This document shows, in pieces, positions 9,222-17,905 of a DNA stretch of 64,000 nucleotides. A program made the translations under genes and the position numbers. This DNA is from an uncultured Gemmatimonadales bacterium (lineage in GTDB: Bacteria; Gemmatimonadota; Gemmatimonadetes; Gemmatimonadales; GWC2-71-9), in assembly GCA_963730185.1 (NCBI GenBank), contig CAVSQW010000008.1:480001-544000 (forward strand). The letters run 5' to 3'. Below the pieces are notes generated by a model. That model was not told the DNA's origin and did no database searches. It saw nothing but the letters and a program-made list of their open reading frames with translations. The first letter of the stretch is position 1; each line of letters starts with the position of its first letter.

Positions 9222-9878
9222 ATGCACACCGAATGGACCGATCGGCTGTCCCAGTACCTCGACGGGGAGCTCGACTCGGCAACGGCCCGGGCCCTGGAGT
9301 CGCACCTGGTTGCCTGTCCCGAGTGCCGGGCGGTTCGAGACCAGCTCAAGGTGGTAGTGGCGACCGCCCGCGGATTCGAGGGACGACCGCCGCCGACGGA
9401 CCTCTGGCCGGCTCTCGAGGCCGAGATCGAGCGCGCTCGGGCGGTGGCCCTGCCGCGACGGTTCGACTGGCGGCACCTGATCGCGGCTGGGTTGGTGATG
9501 GGCGTGGTCGGTTCCGGCGCGGCATTGATCGTGGCGCGCCGGCTGGCGTCCGAGCGTCCGGCCGTCCCGGCGGTGGCGACCCAGCCGCCGACCATCGGGC
9601 CGAGGCCGGCGGTGATGCTCACGTCGAACGCGGACTACGATCGCGCGGTTCGCGATCTCGAAGCCGTGCTGGCGGCGGGCCGGGCCTCCCTCGACACCGC
9701 CACCGTGCGGGTGGTCGAGGAGAGTCTTGCGACGATCGACAATGCGATTACGGAGGCCCGGGCGGCGGTCCAACGCGATCCGGCCAACGCGTATCTAAAC
9801 GGTCAGATCGCGGCCCACATGCAGCAGAAATTGGCGATCCTTCGAATGGCGACCCGCGCCATCGAGTCGACCTCGTGA
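9222..9878 (+). CDS. Zinc-binding (zf-HC2/ZAS) transmembrane anti-sigma factor
   Basis: LSQYLDGEL...HLVACPEC (HxxxCxxC), one TM, periplasmic helical domain; SD GGAGG. Confidence 0.88.
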   Translation: MHTEWTDRLSQYLDGELDSATARALESHLVACPECRAVRDQLKVVVATARGFEGRPPPTDLWPALEAEIERARAVALPRRFDWRHLIAAGLVMGVVGSGAALIVARRLASERPAVPAVATQPPTIGPRPAVMLTSNADYDRAVRDLEAVLAAGRASLDTATVRVVEESLATIDNAITEARAAVQRDPANAYLNGQIAAHMQQKLAILRMATRAIESTS

Positions 9879-9900
9879 CGAGCGGCAGGAACGGACCCTC

Positions 9901-10896
9901 ATGATCCAGCTTGGCGTGGTGACGATGCTGATGGCGGCGGCAATGCCGACGCAACAGCCACGCTTCGACACCGATACGACGTTCTCGGTGCGCGAGGGCG
10001 ATCGCCTGCGGGTCAAGAACCAAGGCGGCGATATCCAGGTCCGCGCGTGGGGCCGGAACGCGGTCCGGGTCCAGGCGGAGCACTCCCGCCGGACCGACAT
10101 CGAGGTGACCGTGAGCGGCGCGGTCGTCGAGATTCGCTCCCATGGCCGGATGGGCATTCCCACGACCGCCGATTACCAGCTGACGGTGCCGACCTGGATG
10201 GCGCTCGACCTCGGGGGCCTCTACGCCCAGGTCACCGTCGAGGGGACCCGGGCTCCGATCAAGGTGGAGACCATCGAGGGCGACATCACCGTGCGCGGCG
10301 GAGCGGAGTCGGTTTCGCTCTCGACCATCAACGGGCGGATCGACGTGTCCGGTGCCCGGGGGCGGATCGACCTTCACACCGCCTCCGACGACGTCGTCGG
10401 GCGTGACCTCCAGGGCGACATCCGGGTCGAGGCGATCAGCGGCGATGTGGATCTCCGCGACGTCGACGCCACTCAGGTCGACGTGCAGTCGGTGAGCGGC
10501 AGCCTCCTCTTCACCGGGCGCATGGCCGACCGGGGCAGCTACAGCTTCCTGACCCATAGCGGCGACGTCACCATCGGCATCCCCGAGCGGACCAGCGCCA
10601 CCCTCTCGCTCGCCACGGCCAGCGGGGACTTTCGGTTCGGCTTCCCGGTGGAGGCGGAGCGGACCTCGCGCCGGCGCCAGACGGTCCGGATCGGCTCGGG
10701 GAGCGCGTCGGTCGAGCTCGAGACCTTCAGTGGCGACATCCGCGTGGTCCGGCCCGGCGACGTGCCTCCACCGCGGGTGTCCGAACCGGGACGCCGGCGC
10801 CCCGATCGCGAGGACGACCGCGACCGAGACCGAGACCGAGACCGAGACCACCACGACCACGACTGGGACCGCCAGCCGAACGGAGACCTGCCATGA
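9901..10896 (+). CDS. DUF4097 beta-strand-repeat (putative adhesin) protein
   Basis: Signal peptide; repeated T/S-x-S/N-G-D-I/V motifs; DR/His-rich tail. Confidence 0.85.
   Translation: MIQLGVVTMLMAAAMPTQQPRFDTDTTFSVREGDRLRVKNQGGDIQVRAWGRNAVRVQAEHSRRTDIEVTVSGAVVEIRSHGRMGIPTTADYQLTVPTWMALDLGGLYAQVTVEGTRAPIKVETIEGDITVRGGAESVSLSTINGRIDVSGARGRIDLHTASDDVVGRDLQGDIRVEAISGDVDLRDVDATQVDVQSVSGSLLFTGRMADRGSYSFLTHSGDVTIGIPERTSATLSLATASGDFRFGFPVEAERTSRRRQTVRIGSGSASVELETFSGDIRVVRPGDVPPPRVSEPGRRRPDREDDRDRDRDRDRDHHDHDWDRQPNGDLP
10816..10860 (+). repeat. (GACCGA)n hexamer tandem repeat encoding a DRDRDR...HHDHD tail
   Basis: Four exact GACCGA copies at 10822-10845 plus degenerate flanks. Confidence 0.85.
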
Positions 10897-11840
10897 TTCG
10901 CACCACCGCTCTCGCTCTGGCGCTCGTGACGGCCGGCGTCGTTCCCGGTCGGGCTCAGTCCCGCGACTTCTCGTTCCGTCGCGAGCTCTCGAGCGGCGCC
11001 CACTTCGCGCTCCGGAACATCATCGGCGACGTGCGGATCGAGCCGGCCAACGGCCGCAGCCTCGAGGTGACGGCCGTGAAGCGCGCCGGCCGCCACGGCG
11101 ATCCGGACGACGTCGACATCAGGGCGGTCGAGATGGACGACGGCGTCGCGATCTGCGTCTTCTACCCGAACAGCGGCTCCCGAGCTGGCCGCGATCGGGA
11201 TGACGGCGATCGGGATGACGGCGACCGGGTCCGCGACGATCGGGACGACGATCGGGGTTCCCGGCGTTCGACGCGAAGCCGGCGGAGCGACCCCTGCCGC
11301 CGCGAAGGCAACTGGGGCGGCAACAATCGAAACGACACCGAGGTGTCGTTCACCGTGCGGCTCCCGGCCGGGCTGGACGTCGACGTCCGGACGGTGTCCG
11401 GCGACGTGACCGGTCGCGGTCTGCGGGGTCGGCTGGACCTCGGGACCGTCTCGGGCAATCTCCGCCTCACTGATGTGCAGGGCGCCAGCCTCGACGCCTC
11501 CTCGGTCAGCGGTGACGTCGAGCTGATCGACGTCGACGCCCGGGATGTGGGCGCCGAGACCGTGAGCGGGGACGTCACCTACACCGGCCGGATCCAGCGT
11601 GAGGGGAGCTATGACTTCAAGACCCTGAGCGGCGACGTTCAGCTGACTTTGCCGGAGCAGCCGAACGCCCGGCTTCGGGGCTCGACCTTCAGCGGCCGCC
11701 TGGTGTCGGACCTGCCGACGTCCCGGGACGGGCGGCGCCACCGGTCGCGCTTCGAAGCCAGCTGGGGCGACGGTTCCGCGTCGATCGACGTGGAATCCTT
11801 CTCGGGCGACGTCCGGATCCAGACCCGGGCCAGCCGCTGA
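10893..11840 (+). CDS. Second DUF4097 beta-strand-repeat protein
   Basis: Signal peptide; TVSGDV/SVSGDV/TLSGDV repeats; ATGA overlap with the first DUF4097 gene. Confidence 0.85.
   Translation: MIRTTALALALVTAGVVPGRAQSRDFSFRRELSSGAHFALRNIIGDVRIEPANGRSLEVTAVKRAGRHGDPDDVDIRAVEMDDGVAICVFYPNSGSRAGRDRDDGDRDDGDRVRDDRDDDRGSRRSTRSRRSDPCRREGNWGGNNRNDTEVSFTVRLPAGLDVDVRTVSGDVTGRGLRGRLDLGTVSGNLRLTDVQGASLDASSVSGDVELIDVDARDVGAETVSGDVTYTGRIQREGSYDFKTLSGDVQLTLPEQPNARLRGSTFSGRLVSDLPTSRDGRRHRSRFEASWGDGSASIDVESFSGDVRIQTRASR
11191..11250 (+). repeat. 15-nt tandem repeat (GCGATCGGGATGACG) encoding DRDDG units
   Basis: Two exact copies (11191, 11206) and two degenerate copies (11221, 11236). Confidence 0.75.
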
Positions 11841-14263
11841 TGCTCCGCGATTTCGTCGCGGATCTCCGCTACGCCCTCCGCGCACTTCGGAAGGCCCCGG
11901 GGTTCGCGACGATCGCGATCCTCACCCTCACCCTCGGCCTCGGCGCCACGATCGCGCTCTTCAGCGTGGTCAAGGGGGTGCTGCTGACGCCGCTCCCCTT
12001 TCAACAGCCGGACCAGCTGGTCCTGATCGGCCATCAGTATACCGGCCAGGTCCAGCTCCACACCGGGGTATCCGCCGCCGGCTTCCGGTATTACCAGAAG
12101 GAGGCCCGCGCCTTCGCCGGCATGGCCGCGGTCTCCGGCTGGGACGCCAATTTCACCACCGGTGACGAGCCGGTGCGGCTCCGGGGCCAGGCCGTCGCCG
12201 AGGACTACTTTTCGACGCTCCGGGCGCCGATGGTGCTGGGGCGTGGCTTCACCCGGGCGGAGACGGAGCCGGGCGCGGACCACGAGGTGGTGGTGTCCAC
12301 CTCGCTCTGGCGGCGGCGCCTGGGCGGCGACCCCGCGATCGTCGGCAAGACCCTGGTCTTGAACGGCGAGGGGTACCAGGTCGTCGGAGTCGCCGGTCAG
12401 GGCGTCGAGTTCGGCGCCGAGCCGACCGAGATCTGGAAGCCGATCACCTTCACGCCGGACCAGCTCCAGTGCTGGGGGTGCGAGTTCATGGGGTTGGTGG
12501 CCCGGCTCGCGCCAGGAACCAGCTTGGAGGCGGCGCAGGCCGACCTGGACCGGGTGGCTCGCGAGGTCCGACAGTTGAGCGGCTCGTTCCGGGACGAGCA
12601 GTGGGGGCTCTGGGTCAACCGGCTCTCGGACGAGCTCTACGGCAGCGCCCGGACGCCTCTGCTCGTCTTGTTGGGGGCGGTCGGGTTCGTGTTCCTGATC
12701 GCCTGCGCGAACGTGGCGAATCTGCTCTTGGCCCGGGCGACGACGCGGGCTCGCGAGGTGGCGATTCGCACCTCGATGGGGGCGTCGCGGGGCCGGCTTA
12801 CCCGGCAGCTGCTCACGGAGAGCCTGGTGCTGGCCGTGAGCGGAGGCGTGGGCGGGTTGCTGGTGGCCTGGGGGGCGATCCGCCTGCTGGTGACCCACGG
12901 CCCGGCCAGCGTGCCTCGGCTCGAGCTGGTCCAGATCGACGGGACGGTCGTGGCGTTCGGGGCGCTGCTGGCGCTCGGCACGCCGTTGCTGTTCGGGCTC
13001 GGCCCCGCCTGGTCCGCGGCCCGGGCGAACCTGCACGGCCTGATGAAGGACGCTGGGCGGGCGACCGGCGGCGGGCTCGGTCGCTTCGGGGTCCGGGCTG
13101 CCTTGGTGGTGTCGCAGGTGGCGCTGTCGCTGGTGCTCCTCATCGGCGCGGCGCTGATGGTCCGGAGTCTCCGGCGCTGGCTCGCGGTCGACCCGGGGTT
13201 CGACGGCCAGCACGTGCTCACCTTCCGGCTCCAGCTGCCGGAGGCGTCGTATCCGACGGGGCCCAAGCAGGTCGCGTTCTACTCCGAGTTCGAGCGGTCG
13301 CTGGCGGCACTGCCGGGGGCCGAGGCCGTCGGCGGCAGCGTTGCGATGCCGCGCACCGGCGCCGACTGGACCCGGAGCTTCCGGGTCGAGGGGTTCGATC
13401 CGGGCCCCACCGGGGCCAGTCCCTGGGGCGACTTCCGGATCGTGACGCCGGGTTACTTCCGGGCGCTCGGGATCCGGCTGGTGAAGGGGCGCGGCTTCGA
13501 GAACGGTGACGACGCCGAAGCCCGCCGGGTCGCGGTGGTCGACGACGTCATGGCCGAGCGCTATTGGCCCGGCCAGGATCCGATCGGGAAACGGATCGGC
13601 CTGGGCGGTGACGACCGCGTCAGCTGGTACGATGTCGTCGGCGTGGCCCGCCACGTGATTCAGAACACGCCCCGGGACGACCGCCGGACCCAGTTCTACG
13701 TGGCCCTCGCGCAGATGCCGGGTTCGAGGCTCACCTTTGCCGTGAAGGCCAAGGGCGAGGTCCAGGGGCTCGAAGCCAGCGTGCGGGCGGCGCTTCGCCG
13801 TCTCGACCCGGCGCAACCGATCTTCGCGGTGAAGCCGATGAGCGCCCTGATGGCCGACTCGGCGTCGCAACCGCGGTTCTTGATGGCGATGCTGGTGCTG
13901 TTCGCTTGCGTGGCCGGCACCCTGGCGGCGATCGGCATCTACGGCGTCATGACGTTCGCCGTGAGTCAGGAGACCCGCGAGATCGGCATCCGACTGGCCC
14001 TCGGAGCGGGCGCGGGCCGCGTCCGCGGTCTCGTGCTCCGACGGGGTCTGGCTCTGGCGGGCACCGGGGTGGTCTTCGGGGTCGTCGCGTCGCTCGCCAC
14101 CGGCCGACTGCTCGCCAGCCAGCTCTTCCAGGTGAGCCCGAGCGATCCGGTCACGCTCGCCGGCGTGGCGCTGGGGTTGGTGACGGTCGCGGCGGGGGCC
14201 TGTTGGGTTCCCGCCCGGCGGGCGACCACGGTCGATCCGCTCACCGCGCTCAAGGCGGACTGA
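11840..14263 (+). CDS. ADOP-type duplicated ABC permease (MacB_PCD/FtsX), no adjacent ATPase
   Basis: DLRYALRALRKAPGF, LIACANVANLLLARA..R.REVAIR..MGASRGRL.RQLLTES, EIGIRLALGA, PARRA..VDP..ALKAD. Confidence 0.93.
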   Translation: MLRDFVADLRYALRALRKAPGFATIAILTLTLGLGATIALFSVVKGVLLTPLPFQQPDQLVLIGHQYTGQVQLHTGVSAAGFRYYQKEARAFAGMAAVSGWDANFTTGDEPVRLRGQAVAEDYFSTLRAPMVLGRGFTRAETEPGADHEVVVSTSLWRRRLGGDPAIVGKTLVLNGEGYQVVGVAGQGVEFGAEPTEIWKPITFTPDQLQCWGCEFMGLVARLAPGTSLEAAQADLDRVAREVRQLSGSFRDEQWGLWVNRLSDELYGSARTPLLVLLGAVGFVFLIACANVANLLLARATTRAREVAIRTSMGASRGRLTRQLLTESLVLAVSGGVGGLLVAWGAIRLLVTHGPASVPRLELVQIDGTVVAFGALLALGTPLLFGLGPAWSAARANLHGLMKDAGRATGGGLGRFGVRAALVVSQVALSLVLLIGAALMVRSLRRWLAVDPGFDGQHVLTFRLQLPEASYPTGPKQVAFYSEFERSLAALPGAEAVGGSVAMPRTGADWTRSFRVEGFDPGPTGASPWGDFRIVTPGYFRALGIRLVKGRGFENGDDAEARRVAVVDDVMAERYWPGQDPIGKRIGLGGDDRVSWYDVVGVARHVIQNTPRDDRRTQFYVALAQMPGSRLTFAVKAKGEVQGLEASVRAALRRLDPAQPIFAVKPMSALMADSASQPRFLMAMLVLFACVAGTLAAIGIYGVMTFAVSQETREIGIRLALGAGAGRVRGLVLRRGLALAGTGVVFGVVASLATGRLLASQLFQVSPSDPVTLAGVALGLVTVAAGACWVPARRATTVDPLTALKAD

Positions 14264-14318
14264 GCGACCGTCGCCGTCCCTCCCTCGGTCCGATCGCGTT
14301 CGACCGACCCGGACCTCG

Positions 14319-14347
14319 TTGGCTCAGCCTGGGCGCGTGGGTATGTT
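14319..14347 (+). promoter_or_regulatory. Putative sigma70 promoter TTGGCT-N17-TATGTT
   Basis: Spacing counted; upstream of the GT2 start, which has SD AAGGAG. Confidence 0.45.
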
Positions 14348-14405
14348 CCTTCCGGGTTTGCCAACGGGGTGACCCGCCCTTCGTCCGGCCTCTCGAAGGA
14401 GATCT

Positions 14406-15617
14406 ATGCGCGTCGAACGACGCGGCTGGCGCGAGCTCACGCCGCCTCCCGCCGATGTCGGCCCGGTCGAGCTCTCGGTCGTCATTCCCTGTCTCAACGA
14501 AGCCGATACCCTGGCGCAGTGCATCGCGCGGGCGCAGGAGACGATCGCCGGAGCCGGGATTGCCGGCGAGATCGTGGTGGCGGACAACGGCAGCAGCGAC
14601 GCCTCGCCCGACGTCGCCGCCCGGGCGGGGGTCCGGGTCATCAGCGTCGACGAGCGGGGCTACGGTGCGGCGTTGATCGGAGGCATCAACGCCGCCCGGG
14701 GGACCTACATCATCATGGGTGATGCCGACGCGAGCTACGACTTCGCCGAAATCACCAAGTTCCTGGAACGGCTCCGCGCCGGCGACGATCTGGTCCAGGG
14801 GTGTCGTCTGCCGTCCGGCGGGGGCACGGTCCGGCCCAACGCGATGCGGTTCCTGCACCGGGTGTGGGGCAATCCGATGTTCTCCCTGCTGGGGCGGTGG
14901 TGGTTCAAGGTTCCCATTCACGACATCCACTGCGGTCTGCGGGGTTTTCGCCGCGACTTCTGGTTCACGCTGAACCAGCAGTGCACCGGGATGGAGTTCG
15001 CGTCCGAAATGCTGATCAAGGCGGCGTTGAAGAGCGGGCGGATCGGTGAGGTGCCGATCACCCTCTATCCCGACGGCCGGGTCGAGCACCGGTCCCACCT
15101 CCGCACCTTCCGCGACGGCTGGCGGCACCTTCGCTTCTACCTCTTGTTCAGCCCCCGCTGGCTGTTCCTGGCGCCCGGCCTGACCTTGGTCACCCTCGGG
15201 TTGTTCGGTTACGTCCTTGCTTATCCCCGGCTCTCGATCGGCCGGGCCACGTTCGACGTGAACACCCTGTTGTTCGGCAGCTTGGGCCTGATCCTCGGTT
15301 ATCAATCGATTCTCTTCGGGCTCCTGACCCGAGTGTTCGCTACCGTGGAAGGCTTGATGCCCGAGGATGCCCGGCTCGCGCGGCTGTATCGGGTCCTCAA
15401 CCTCGAGCGTGGCATCGGGCTCGGGCTCGTCGCCGCCATCGGCGGCTTTGCTTTCCTCGCGGTGGCGGTAGGGGTCTGGATCGACGCCGATTTCGGACGG
15501 CTCGACTACGCTCAGGTGATGCGGATCGTCATCCCGGGGGTGACGCTGGCCGCCCTCGGTGTCCAGACGATCCTCTCCAGCTTCTTCTTCAGTATCGTCG
15601 GCCTGGCCCGACGGTAG
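14406..15617 (+). CDS. GT2 glycosyltransferase, polyprenol-phosphate glycosyltransferase (DPM/GtrB-like) with C-terminal TMs
   Basis: SVVIPCLNEA, VVADNGSSD, GYGAA, MGDADASYD, DIHCGLR, GMEFASEM, FRDGWRHL; about 4 C-terminal TMs. Confidence 0.93.
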   Translation: MRVERRGWRELTPPPADVGPVELSVVIPCLNEADTLAQCIARAQETIAGAGIAGEIVVADNGSSDASPDVAARAGVRVISVDERGYGAALIGGINAARGTYIIMGDADASYDFAEITKFLERLRAGDDLVQGCRLPSGGGTVRPNAMRFLHRVWGNPMFSLLGRWWFKVPIHDIHCGLRGFRRDFWFTLNQQCTGMEFASEMLIKAALKSGRIGEVPITLYPDGRVEHRSHLRTFRDGWRHLRFYLLFSPRWLFLAPGLTLVTLGLFGYVLAYPRLSIGRATFDVNTLLFGSLGLILGYQSILFGLLTRVFATVEGLMPEDARLARLYRVLNLERGIGLGLVAAIGGFAFLAVAVGVWIDADFGRLDYAQVMRIVIPGVTLAALGVQTILSSFFFSIVGLARR

Positions 15618-15620
15618 CCG

Positions 15621-16331
15621 ATGGCCGAGGCCGAGTTCGACGCGTTTGCCGCGAGTTACGACGAGGATCTCCGGCGCGGGCTGGCCCTGACCGGAGAAGG
15701 GAAGAGCTACTACGCCCGACGGCGGCTGACGTGGCTGGCCGGCCGGCTGGCGACCATCGGGCTAACCCCCCGACGGGTTCTCGATCTGGGGTGCGGTACG
15801 GGAACATCGGCACCTCTCCTTCACGAGATTCTGGGGGCCGAGCGGGTCGTCGGCGTGGATCCGTCGGATGCATCCTTGGCCCGGGCCCGCGCCGAATACG
15901 GTGGGCCCGCGACCGAGTTCATGCTCCCCTCCCAGTGCACCCCGGACGAGTCCTTCGACCTCGTCTTTATGAACGGCGTGCTCCATCATGTACCACCGGA
16001 GCAGCGACCGAGCCTGCTTCGTGAGGTCGTCGCCTGGCTCAGGCCGGGTGGCGTCTTTGCCTGCTGGGAAAACAACCCCCTCAATCCCGGCACCCGCTGG
16101 ATCATGCGGCGAGTCGCGTTCGACCGGGATGCCATGCCGCTCCGGGCCGGCGTCCTGAGGGCGCTAGTCACGGGTGCCGGTCTTGAGCTGCTTCGAGTCG
16201 ATTTCCTCTTCATCTTTCCCCGCGTGCTTCGGTTCCTTCGCGGATTCGAGCCGGCGTTGGCCCGCCTGCCGTTCGGCGGTCAGTACGAGGTGCTCGCGCG
16301 GAAGTCGGTCAGGGCGGTCCCCGGCGAGTGA
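15621..16331 (+). CDS. Class I SAM-dependent methyltransferase
   Basis: VLDLGCGTG, GVDPS, FDLV, VLHHV, LRPGG, ENNPLNP. Confidence 0.92.
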   Translation: MAEAEFDAFAASYDEDLRRGLALTGEGKSYYARRRLTWLAGRLATIGLTPRRVLDLGCGTGTSAPLLHEILGAERVVGVDPSDASLARARAEYGGPATEFMLPSQCTPDESFDLVFMNGVLHHVPPEQRPSLLREVVAWLRPGGVFACWENNPLNPGTRWIMRRVAFDRDAMPLRAGVLRALVTGAGLELLRVDFLFIFPRVLRFLRGFEPALARLPFGGQYEVLARKSVRAVPGE

Positions 16332-17905
16332 GGGACGGCGCCGGGTGGCTCCGCGGCGGACCCGAAGGCCGGCTCGTCCCGGTCGTGATCGCCCTCGCGA
16401 CCGTGGGGCTTTTCCTCTGGCTTTGGGGTGGGCTCAATCCGCTGCCTTGGGTCTACGACGAATCTGCCTATCTGCTGCAGGCCCGGATCTTCGCCGGACT
16501 GCACTGGTCCGTGCCCGGGCCACCCTTGCCCGAATTCTTCGAGCAGTTTCACGTGTTCGTGACCCCTCAGCTGGTTCCCAAATATCCGCCCGGCCACGCC
16601 CTCCTGTTGGTCCCGGGCATCTGGCTGCGGGCTTCGGCGCTCGTTCCCTTGCTCGCGGGCGGTCTCACCGGCGCCTTGCTGTTCACGGTGGGCCGCCGGC
16701 TCGGTAATGCGTGGGTTGGACTGCTGGCCTGGGCCATCTGGATCACCGCGCCCGAGGTGATGCAGTTCGGTCCCACCTTCATGGCGGAGACGACCTCGAC
16801 GGCAAGTTGGGTGGTGGCGTGGACCCTGCTCGCTCGCTGGCGCGACACCAGGGGCCTGCGAACCCTGGTGGGGTTCTCGATCGCGGCCGCCGTGGCCGCC
16901 GTGATCCGTCCGGTCACGGCGATCGCGCTGTTGGCGCCGGCGGGCCTTTGGATTGGCTGGGTCGCCTGGCGGGAGCGGCGGGTTCGGCAAGTAGCGCTCG
17001 CGGTGGCCGCGGCCCTTCCCGTGCTGGCGCTGGCCCCGTGGTGGAGCCATGCCGTGAGCGGCCGCGTCGCACCGACGCCCTACAGCGAATATTCCCGGGT
17101 CTACGCTCCCTGGAACATGCCGGGCTTCACCATCGACACGAGCCCGCCGGTGCGGGGCCCAACACCCGCCCTTACCAAGTTCCGCGACCGCTTTCTCCCC
17201 ATCCACGAGGCGCATCGCCTCGGTCGGCTTCCGGTGATCCTGGCGGAGCGCCTCGAGGGAGTCGCCATCACGCTGTTCGGCCCCCGCGGCCGCCACTGGC
17301 GGTGGCTCCTCGCCGTGGCGTTCCTCATCGGCGTGATCGGAGCGTCGCCGCCGCTCCGTTTCGGCCTCATGTCCGCGGCCACCCTCGTCGTCGTGTACCT
17401 CTGGATGGCCGGCCGGCCGCTCTGGACGGTGTACTACCTCGAGGTGTTTCCGGTCCTGGCCTTGGTGTCCGCTACGGGGTGCTGGTGGGTGCTCGGCTGG
17501 GTCGAGCGGTCGTCGCTGGCGCGACGGTGGCCCGCGCCAGGGGCCTGGACCGGCGCGGCGGTACTGGCCGCCCTGGCCGCGGCCCTGCCGGGAACGGTGA
17601 CTCGCTTCCGGCACGCCCGCGCCGCTCAGGTCGATGCCCGGGCCGACCAGGCGGCGCTCCAGGCCGCCATCGATTCGATTCCCGGCCGGGCGATCGTCTT
17701 CGTCGCCAGTGGCCCGCCCGACGCGCCCTACGACAGTTTCGTGCGCAACAGCCCGGATCTCCACCGTGAGCGAGTCTGGGTGGTGGACGATCGAGGGGCC
17801 GACGATCAGCGCCTGATCGATCGGGCGCCCGATCGCGCTGCCTACCGCTACGACCCCGGCCCCCGGAGGCTGGTGTCGCTCGGGAACACGAGCGTCAGGC
17901 GGTGA
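16328..17905 (+). CDS. Multi-TM GT-C-fold glycosyltransferase-like protein (ArnT/PMT-like), paralogue 1
   Basis: N-terminal TM followed by YDESAYLLQA (DE loop motif) and KYPPGH; about 10 TMs; IRP motif; periplasmic C-domain. Confidence 0.72.
   Translation: MRDGAGWLRGGPEGRLVPVVIALATVGLFLWLWGGLNPLPWVYDESAYLLQARIFAGLHWSVPGPPLPEFFEQFHVFVTPQLVPKYPPGHALLLVPGIWLRASALVPLLAGGLTGALLFTVGRRLGNAWVGLLAWAIWITAPEVMQFGPTFMAETTSTASWVVAWTLLARWRDTRGLRTLVGFSIAAAVAAVIRPVTAIALLAPAGLWIGWVAWRERRVRQVALAVAAALPVLALAPWWSHAVSGRVAPTPYSEYSRVYAPWNMPGFTIDTSPPVRGPTPALTKFRDRFLPIHEAHRLGRLPVILAERLEGVAITLFGPRGRHWRWLLAVAFLIGVIGASPPLRFGLMSAATLVVVYLWMAGRPLWTVYYLEVFPVLALVSATGCWWVLGWVERSSLARRWPAPGAWTGAAVLAALAAALPGTVTRFRHARAAQVDARADQAALQAAIDSIPGRAIVFVASGPPDAPYDSFVRNSPDLHRERVWVVDDRGADDQRLIDRAPDRAAYRYDPGPRRLVSLGNTSVRR

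Noticed and set aside
10816..11250. Short tandem repeats as a CRISPR array or phase-variation tract
   Set aside because: There are no unique spacers or cas genes, and the unit lengths (6 and 15 nt) preserve the reading frame.
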